Source of the DNA: a virus
Taxonomy: Duplodnaviria; Caudoviricetes
Length of the DNA stretch: 51,428 nucleotides
Direction: 5' to 3' (one strand)
IMG/VR virus record: IMGVR_UViG_3300012929_000023
Location: 1-51,428 of that record
The notes below the pieces were generated by a model that was not told the origin of the DNA, did not search any database, and saw only the letters and a program-made list of their open reading frames with translations. Positions 1-6,575 of this stretch are shown here, piece after piece. Every line of letters starts with the position of its first letter. The stretch's first letter is position 1. Made by a program: the position numbers and the translations under genes.

Positions 1-83
1 TAAGGCGGTATACAGACCTTACGCAACCACCCAATACTGTTAGTGATTTCCCAACTTAAGGGCTGCGCTACAGCGGTAACCGC

Positions 84-299
84 TCAATGCTTCGTGGCTT
101 CCTCGGCCGGAGCTTCCGCTGCGGGGTCGACGTCGTCCCAGACGACTGTGTCGTCGAAGGCGACTCCTTCGAGGTAGTCATCGGACTGGACGACTCCAGC
201 GTAAGCAGCTGGATTGATGGCGTATCCGTCAGTATCGACGTATACTGTGGGGTTGACGGGGGTGGGTTCAGCCACTGGCGTATTCTGTTGAACATTCAT
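84..299 (-). CDS. small acidic hypothetical protein
   Basis: ATG ORF with a purine-rich RBS (aaggaaag) and host-like codons; followed by a structured region and terminator across the window junction. Confidence 0.75.
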   Translation of the reverse strand: MNVQQNTPVAEPTPVNPTVYVDTDGYAINPAAYAGVVQSDDYLEGVAFDDTVVWDDVDPAAEAPAEEATKH

Positions 300-561
300 G
301 TTTCTTTCCTTTGGGACAAAATGTCCTAATTATAGGTGGTGTTTTAGTTCTAATAGAAGTTCGCGGAGTTTAAACCGTTCTCCTTCCATTCGCCACTTGA
401 GATATGGATCATACGAGTATGTCTCATATCCGTTGAAAGTAGTTGGGAAGTACGAAGGGTAGTAATCTCTGCTGAACTTATAATGAGAATCTCGTTTCAG
501 TTGACAGTAACTACAGTCGCAACCTTTACGAATTCCCTGTCGACAATGGAAGTCGACTGCC

Positions 562-972
562 TTAGAAATCAGGTGTGGAAACTGCTTCTTCGCTATCTCC
601 GTCTCGATCCGACTTCTTATGGTCTCCAGTTTGCTTGTCGAGGTTGTAGACATCAGAGAAATCACTGTTCTCCAAAGCCTTAGCGATGGCTTTGGTAAAT
701 TTGCCAATCTTCTCATTCAACTTCTTGTACTCTTCGGACTTCACCTTCGAGTAGCTCTCGCTTGCAACCTTACCGTTGATATCGTAGGTCACAACGTCAG
801 GCTTGATCTTCTTTAGATCAACCTCTAATTTTGAAAGCTTGTCCATAGCTTGGACTAAGGAGTCTGATCGACGGTTCAGTTCACGAGAAACTAAAGCGTC
901 GACGACTTTGTCTTCGACCTTCGGAGCGATGTTAATGATTTGTTCTGCAACTTTTGTTTGTACTGAATTCAT
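562..972 (-). CDS. hypothetical protein (Lys-rich, helical)
   Basis: 136-aa ORF on the arm's coding strand with protein-like composition. Confidence 0.75.
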   Translation of the reverse strand: MNSVQTKVAEQIINIAPKVEDKVVDALVSRELNRRSDSLVQAMDKLSKLEVDLKKIKPDVVTYDINGKVASESYSKVKSEEYKKLNEKIGKFTKAIAKALENSDFSDVYNLDKQTGDHKKSDRDGDSEEAVSTPDF

Positions 973-1001
973 TTACTCGGTCTTTCAATGATTTGTTTTA
1001 G

Positions 1002-1235
1002 TTACGATCTCTTGGGTTGTCTGATCCTGTTGGCGTGACGGCTGACAACACGGACAGCAACATGATCCAAAGAACCTGTCCGGTGGAAGCCGACATGGTC
1101 GAGTTCCTTAGCGTCACCTTTATGGACCTTGCCTGCTCGGATTGCTTTTCGTCTAGCTGTGTTACGAGCTTCTCTTCGTTTGACTTGCGCCGGAGAATTC
1201 TCATAGGCAGTTTCTTTCGCGTAATTCCTAGCCAT
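1002..1235 (-). CDS. small HNH-like endonuclease
   Basis: MARNY..E start, RxARNxARR, and KGDAKELDH...VVSRHANR pattern typical of small podovirus HNH proteins; aggagg RBS. Confidence 0.7.
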   Translation of the reverse strand: MARNYAKETAYENSPAQVKRREARNTARRKAIRAGKVHKGDAKELDHVGFHRTGSLDHVAVRVVSRHANRIRQPKRS

Positions 1236-1284
1236 ATAGTTAGTAGTCCTAACCTCCTTCTAAAGTGATCTTAATAATTTAAGA

Positions 1285-1506
1285 TCATGATTTTGTAAAT
1301 ACTCTTAATTTGGTATATTCAGTATCGCTCGATCCGAATAGATCGGAGAATTGAATGTTGGTTATGTCTTGGCTGTCCTTGACAGCTCGGGTTGCGTGAA
1401 GCCATGCAGCCATGCAATCAACGATCGTCTGGCGTGGCATCGTCACTTCCTGATATGGATAACCTAGGAAGTCCTTCTTCCGACGGATAGTCAGCTTTCT
1501 TACCAT
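1285..1506 (-). CDS. hypothetical protein
   Basis: 73-aa ORF in a packed minus-strand cluster. Confidence 0.55.
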   Translation of the reverse strand: MVRKLTIRRKKDFLGYPYQEVTMPRQTIVDCMAAWLHATRAVKDSQDITNIQFSDLFGSSDTEYTKLRVFTKS

Positions 1507-1919
1507 GGAAGGTGTCCTTACGACGGTCTTTCTTGGCTTTGATACGCAGGCGTTCTGCGCGATCAGCCGGGTGGTGTGTCTTATTCATTTCAAATAAGCG
1601 TAAATTAAAACACAGACTATTGCACCTAGCATTAACATCGATGCAATTTCTAAGTTATAGATGTGTTCAGCTGTGCTCATCTTAAAACTCCAGCGGTTTA
1701 ATTTTAGGAAGGATTAAGAACTCTTCTTCAACTAAGTAAACTAAAGCATCGGCAGGAGTTAAATCGTTGTAGTTAAGGATGTCTTCTAACGTATATGTAT
1801 CAAGCATATGTTCGGCTTCTTCGTAGGTAATTACGGCGGTCCTATTCCATTAGCCCATAATGCTATGTACTCTACAACAAGACACGAAAGAAAGCCTAGC
1901 CCGAACCAAAATGTCTTAT

Positions 1920-2237
1920 TCATTTGCGTTTCTTCCGTTTACGTTTTCTTGGTGGGATGATCCATCCAATTCTTCCTGCTCGTAAATATTCACCAGCTCT
2001 TTCAAAAATTCCCGCGTCTCGGTGGCGTCCGATAACACGTCTATTGCAGTAAGTACAGAGCAGTCCCCTGATTTCTCCAGTACGATGGTCATGGTCAACG
2101 CACAATCGGCTTTTGAAGACTCCGTGAGGTCTGCGACATATTGCGCAGCAGCCGCTCTGTTGGAGAAGTAAGTCAGCATATTGTTGCTCCGTTATCCCGT
2201 ACTTCTTAAGTAAGTAATTATTTCTGGTATTGTTCAA
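1920..2237 (-). CDS. recombination endonuclease VII family protein
   Basis: KYGIT...Q.G.CAIC...LCVDHDH.TGEIRGLLC..CN signature. Confidence 0.9.
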   Translation of the reverse strand: MNNTRNNYLLKKYGITEQQYADLLLQQSGCCAICRRPHGVFKSRLCVDHDHRTGEIRGLLCTYCNRRVIGRHRDAGIFERAGEYLRAGRIGWIIPPRKRKRKKRK

Positions 2238-2314
2238 GGTATCCGTTACGGATTAAACGTTGTAACGCTAGGATAGCAACGCCTGTCCAATAGTCTCTAA
2301 GTTCATCATCAAAC

Positions 2315-3184
2315 TTAATTATAAACGATCTTGCCATTTTTGTCAACTTCAACGATATGAGGGAGTGGATGCTTTACGACTTTAACGAAGTCAACGGGTC
2401 CGGAGGCGTAGAGGAAAGTGCGAAGCCCCGGAAAGCAAATATGCTTGAAGTCCGAGTAGCTAGCTTTCGTATCAAGCGTGATATTACCGCTTTTTCCCTC
2501 GGCTTGAGTGCCGCAAGTACATGCGGGGGCATGATCGCGTCCGACAATCTCTTTGTAAGTACGGACTCGGTCTCTAATGTTTTGTAGTCTAAGGTGGTGT
2601 TCATATAATGCTAAGTGTCCCAGAGTTTTATCCACAGCCAATAGAAAGGCAGATTGTTTATTCCGAACAACGTCGTCATCCAAGCTGCCACCCAGATAGC
2701 CGTCCAGTTGATCCAGATAACCGAACGGATCGTCCGTTGCGATCGACTTATCTTTGAACTTCTTAAAGCCAAAGCTGCTAGCAGACTTGACGTCCACAAG
2801 ATTACCATCAATAACACAGTCACGATGACCTTCGACCCCATCAAAAACGATAGCATCTTGCTCTCCTGTGACTTCGTGGCCAGCTGCCTTTGCTAAGGTT
2901 ATAACTAACGCTTCGATGATGTGTCCGTATCCGTACTTGATCTGCGCCCATGGAGGAAGGGGTTGGGCAAGATGAGGGGTATGGATGGAGTGCCAAAGTG
3001 CTTTCGGACAGCGCGGTCCCATCTGTGACAGACGGAGGCGAGGCGCTGACCTTGGACCCATACTTGCCATGAGCGCTGTAGATATAGTTGCTCCAAGCGT
3101 GTCGGATATCTGTGTTGTGAGCCAGCCATCTTTACTCCCTATGAGTTTGTAGATGTCAGGAATTAACGAATGTATGTCTGAAAT
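2315..3184 (-). CDS. PD-(D/E)XK (Cas4/RecB-like) exonuclease
   Basis: LRLSQMG..CPKALW, GHIIE, GHRDC.IDG.LVDVKS and GYLDQL motifs. The frame stays open upstream of the first ATG (3070) to a stop at 3200-3202; start placed tentatively at ATT 3184. Confidence 0.85.
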   Translation of the reverse strand: MSDIHSLIPDIYKLIGSKDGWLTTQISDTLGATISTALMASMGPRSAPRLRLSQMGPRCPKALWHSIHTPHLAQPLPPWAQIKYGYGHIIEALVITLAKAAGHEVTGEQDAIVFDGVEGHRDCVIDGNLVDVKSASSFGFKKFKDKSIATDDPFGYLDQLDGYLGGSLDDDVVRNKQSAFLLAVDKTLGHLALYEHHLRLQNIRDRVRTYKEIVGRDHAPACTCGTQAEGKSGNITLDTKASYSDFKHICFPGLRTFLYASGPVDFVKVVKHPLPHIVEVDKNGKIVYN

Positions 3185-3205
3185 GTGTTTGCTCGACTGC
3201 TAATA

Positions 3206-3273
3206 GATAGGTGTTTAAATGGCCTACGGAGGCCCGTGGTGCGTTTAAATCTTACAAGGCTACCTAAGTAGCC
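3206..3273. repeat. copy A of dyad-symmetric dispersed element
   Basis: gatag-gtgtttaaat...tggtgcgtttaaat-N7-ggctac ctaa gtagcc; similar to 9518-9595 and 22793-22910. Confidence 0.8.
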
Positions 3274-3430
3274 TTTGGGCAGATTTCTCTTGTTCTTCGA
3301 TGTATTTCTTCAGCATTGGCCTGTTGTTCAGGTCAGGCGGAGCGTTGATGATCGCAGCGGTAACTGGCTTACGATCACAGTCGCACTTCGGATACTGACA
3401 GTGTTCTTTGAACGTAGCTTGACAATCCAT
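3260..3430 (-). CDS. small Cys-containing hypothetical protein (56 aa, MDCQATFKEHCQYPKCDC...)
   Basis: manual translation; ATG overlaps the upstream TGA (TGATG coupling). Confidence 0.6.
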   Translation of the reverse strand: MDCQATFKEHCQYPKCDCDRKPVTAAIINAPPDLNNRPMLKKYIEEQEKSAQRLLR

Positions 3431-3741
3431 CAGTGTGCTCCGAAGTAAGTTGCTACAGTCTTGGAGATCATTCCGTAGATAATGAACTGAAGTCCACCGA
3501 GTGGCATAGCTGAAAGGAGAAGTAGCATCACGGTTTCACGGAATGTAAACGTCCACTTCTTCTTCTTATCGTCTTCCTTCTTCTCCGGGGTCTTCTTCTT
3601 AGCTGCTTCGGCTTTCTTCAAAGCCTTCGCTACCTGCTTGCTGATCTTCTTATAGATCGCGACTTCATCTGGAGTCTGCGGGGGTGGAAAACCATACTGC
3701 GGCGGCGGTGGGTATCCATAAGGCGGAGGATATCCATACAT
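3430..3741 (-). CDS. membrane-anchored protein with Pro/Tyr-rich N-terminus and Lys-rich linker
   Basis: YGYPPP repeats, basic stretch, C-terminal hydrophobic helix; gagagga RBS. Confidence 0.75.
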   Translation of the reverse strand: MYGYPPPYGYPPPPQYGFPPPQTPDEVAIYKKISKQVAKALKKAEAAKKKTPEKKEDDKKKKWTFTFRETVMLLLLSAMPLGGLQFIIYGMISKTVATYFGAH

Positions 3742-3767
3742 GATGTTTCCTCTCTTGTTAGTGGAGA

Positions 3768-3793
3768 CTGGGGCCTCGGTTAAGAGGCCCCAG
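3768..3793. promoter_or_regulatory. perfect 10-bp GC-rich hairpin at the left border of the non-coding region
   Basis: ctggggcctc-ggttaa-gaggccccag; no U-tract, so possibly a stabilising or processing hairpin rather than a terminator. Confidence 0.55.
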
Positions 3794-3799
3794 CTCGAT

Positions 3800-5625
3800 C
3801 TCGGCCCGCGATAACCGGGCGTCTGTTGTGCCTCTTAGGGAGGCTGCGAGAGCTGCTGGTGGTTGAGGACGCTGTTACACATCGCCTTCCTCCTTCTTCT
3901 GCCTAGGCGGCTTTCTTCAAAGCCTTTGCTACTGGCTTAGTCACGCTAGTCCGGCGTGTGAATAGATTGTGGTTTGGACTTGGCCTTCGTCAGGGCAAGG
4001 AGGGTATAGTCTACAGAACCCCTAGAATTGCGCTCGCCGTGTAAAGTCTTACTGTGAATGGCCGTTGAACTCCAGTTAGTGACTGTAAGGTCACAGGTAT
4101 GGGCACAGTCCCCTATGTATTTCAAGGTCAGACGGTACATCCACTACGCTTTGTACGCGCCATTGGCCAACGCTTCCGTTACTGCCACGGCCGACACGGT
4201 CGTAGTCTTGTGGTCCCTGAGTCAGGGAAGATAGACAGACGGTAGACTACCGTCCCATCTAGCATCAGTTTCCGTTAGACATCCTATATGACTCTAAAGC
4301 AGCTACTTTGTCCGTAACCCGGCTCGTCGTGCCGACGCGTCTCCGTCATAAGAATGAACGTCTCTCTATGTCTCCCTTCAATATCGGACTCATGTGGCTG
4401 CTAAGCTTTGGTCCTTCTATCCAGAACGATCCATACCCATCACGGTATGTCCTGAGCCATAGTCTTATATCCCGCTACAGAGCACTTACGTGCGCCTCTC
4501 ACCGATTACAGTGGTTTGCTTCAGGATACGACAGCATCTGGGGCTAGCTTCAAAGGCCGCATTTCAGATCATCGCCTCGGAGTTTGGTTACGACCAACGA
4601 CTCCGTACCTTAGACTAATTCCAACGGTACGTCAACTGCTTCGGAGGGGTCCGTACTTCGTCAGTTTAGTCGCAACCGGAGGTTGCTCTATTACCTGCCG
4701 CTACTATATCCACTTGCTGCTGCCTCAGTACGAAGGAGTCGAACCTTCACGCCTGAGTGGATGGGTTTCAGTAGAAGACCTTCCTCTTCTCTAGCTTTGT
4801 TCGGGCTGTTTATCCTAACGGCGGAGAGCCGTTGGAAGATGTACCGGACGTACTTCAGGCAGGCTATACCCACCTTCGGTTCAGTCTCTTACGTTTACTC
4901 ACAGTCACATCCCCACGGGAGAGCCTTCTGCAGCCAAGACAGGTTTTCAACGCGTCTTCTTAAAGCTTATACCGACCGGGTCGGTTGGTGTCGGACATCT
5001 CCCTCACTCACCGCGACTGTTACTCTACCGTTTCGAACGGCGCTTCCTTGTCCAGTAAGCTTAAGCTTTTTAAGCTTACTCAGAAGTGTCCCCTCGCGTG
5101 TATTGTACGTATGTTTAATGTGGTTGTCTCCCACAGAGATATCGGTCAGAACCTTAAGGTATCTTAAGGTTCGTTATACACACCTTAGTTTGCTTGATTT
5201 TAGCCTCCATCCAAGCTCACGGGCATCTGTACGCCTTTGCTTTTCAGGGCCAGTCTCGCCTTGCAGGGCATCGTACAGGCATTACCCCCTACGGGGCTGC
5301 AGAACTACAGTTCAAGGAGGGTGATCTTTACCTACATGTCTTGTAGTCTGGGAGCGCTTCACCTTGTGGAGGGGGCGCGCACACACCAAGCTCGGATCGC
5401 AACTCCGATTACAGCTGTATCGGCTGACACCAAACCATGCGTTTAATGCTACTTGGGATTACGTAGGTGGGTTCAGGCTGACTGCCGCCACACTGCGAGG
5501 ACGGCGGGAGAATAAGAAGCTTTATGCCGCAACTCCCACTGATCATGCTCCGCATCCCTTGTCAGGTCGAGCAAGCCACCACTGTGATGTTGATTCTGTC
5601 GTCAGACTATCCTGCACCACAGATA
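3800..5625 (+). ncRNA. candidate very large, highly structured non-coding RNA (antisense to flanking genes); boundaries and strand approximate
   Basis: no credible CDS in ~1.8 kb of an otherwise gene-dense genome; dozens of adjacent and nested stems; most G-U pairs work only on the + strand. Confidence 0.65.
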
Positions 5626-5661
5626 AAAGAAACAGGCGACACCGTTACTGATGCCGCCTGT
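5625..5661 (-). terminator. intrinsic terminator closing the pol-SSB transcript
   Basis: minus strand acaggcggcatc-agtaac-ggtgtcgcctgt (two G-U pairs) followed by ttctttt. Confidence 0.8.
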
Positions 5662-5758
5662 GTCCCGGTGCTCGGAGAAGGAGGGCGTAATAAGCACCGG
5701 GTAAAGTAGCCAGAGCTATGGGTAATTGCTTACCTCTTCGTTGGCTCTGGAATAGGTG

Positions 5759-5902
5759 TTAACAAAACGAACGAATCTCTTTCAATCCATTAATCATCTG
5801 TTGATACTGATAAGTCCAGTATCCGTAAAACGCAACGATAAGAAACAGTGTTGCAATCGTTGTGCCGATCATGTCGGCTTGGGTACATGTACTCAATTCC
5901 AT
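5759..5902 (-). CDS. small single-TM protein (47 aa, MELSTCTQADMIGTTIATLFLIVAFYGYW...)
   Basis: manual translation; aagga RBS; start overlaps the end of the SSB gene. Confidence 0.6.
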   Translation of the reverse strand: MELSTCTQADMIGTTIATLFLIVAFYGYWTYQYQQMINGLKEIRSFC

Positions 5903-6402
5903 AGTTCCTTCTGTGGCGGAGTAGCCATTGTCTCAGCGACTGCTGCTTGCTCCGCTGGTGTGTAATCCTTATGTGGGGTAAATGGATTAAGCTTGTCGAC
6001 ACGTACGGCCTTCAATCGAAGGGCACGTCCTTGTCCTTGTGCTCCGGGTATCCTGTGTTGGTAGCATTCGACAGTCAAGGTAAGATCACTGCCATGTCCT
6101 ACGAGCTGGTCTACTAACGGCATACCATCTGCTTTCATAACAAGTGGAGGAGCTAGTGGAGTGTTCTTACCCTTGACCCACATCTCGGGTTTACGGCTAA
6201 TTTGCATATTGAAGCCGTCTTCGTCCTTCTTGAGTTGGTTCTTAATTCCTTGTATCTGACCAATACCAGTCTGCAGTTCCCGAAGAATACCAAGACTCTT
6301 ATCGTCTGGGTAGAACTTCAATCCCCACTTACCGAACTGATCGAGTGCTACGAAGTGACAGTGCTGCCCCTTGCCTTGAAGGGTAACTAGTTCTGTGGCC
6401 AT
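5893..6402 (-). CDS. single-stranded DNA-binding protein (T7 gp2.5-like)
   Basis: position after the DNA polymerase; PP.V...DG......VGHGS..TLTVE.Y...LRLKAVRV pattern. Confidence 0.7.
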   Translation of the reverse strand: MATELVTLQGKGQHCHFVALDQFGKWGLKFYPDDKSLGILRELQTGIGQIQGIKNQLKKDEDGFNMQISRKPEMWVKGKNTPLAPPLVMKADGMPLVDQLVGHGSDLTLTVECYQHRIPGAQGQGRALRLKAVRVDKLNPFTPHKDYTPAEQAAVAETMATPPQKELWN

Positions 6403-6575
6403 TACTTATTAACAATCTCTTTCACTGTGATAATTTCTACGTCTGAGACATCCAAGAACGTCTCTTTGACGTACTCTCTAGCCACAGTCTCCGCGTGTTC
6501 AACGTTATCGCCTTGGATGGTTACAACACCACCGTCACGAATTGTATAATCATATTCGACTTCATAAAAAGGCAT
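6402..6575 (-). CDS. small hypothetical protein (57 aa, MPFYEVEYDY...)
   Basis: manual translation; start/stop overlaps with both pol and SSB. Confidence 0.7.
   Translation of the reverse strand: MPFYEVEYDYTIRDGGVVTIQGDNVEHAETVAREYVKETFLDVSDVEIITVKEIVNK

Noticed and set aside
3609-3932. Diversity-generating retroelement TR/VR pair
   Set aside because: The repeat is far too short and no reverse transcriptase is encoded.
3944-3956. 13-nt match cgctagtccggcg to the polymerase leader (8634-8646)
   Set aside because: A few 13-mer matches are expected by chance between a 2-kb region and a 51-kb genome.
4732-4748. tRNA T-arm-like gaagg-TTCGACT-ccttc on the minus strand
   Set aside because: No acceptor, D or anticodon arm at tRNA spacing, and neighbouring G-U pairs favour the plus strand; not called a tRNA.
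4683-5324. 213-aa plus-strand ORF and other ORFs inside 3946-5709
   Set aside because: No RBS, Ser/Arg/Leu-rich non-protein-like composition and no motifs; better explained as chance ORFs in structured non-coding sequence.
5288-5447. Scattered 16S rRNA-like words (cctacggggctgcag, gggggcgcgcaca, catgcgtttaat)
   Set aside because: Short, gapped and inconsistently spaced; expected by chance when compared with several kb of rRNA.
3800-5750. Group I/II intron, RNase P, tmRNA, CRISPR array or intact rRNA as the identity of the region
   Set aside because: It does not interrupt a gene. I found no group II domain V, no convincing RNase P P4 pairing for the gaggaaggtc word, no tRNA-like ends, no repeat-spacer periodicity and no long conserved rRNA blocks.
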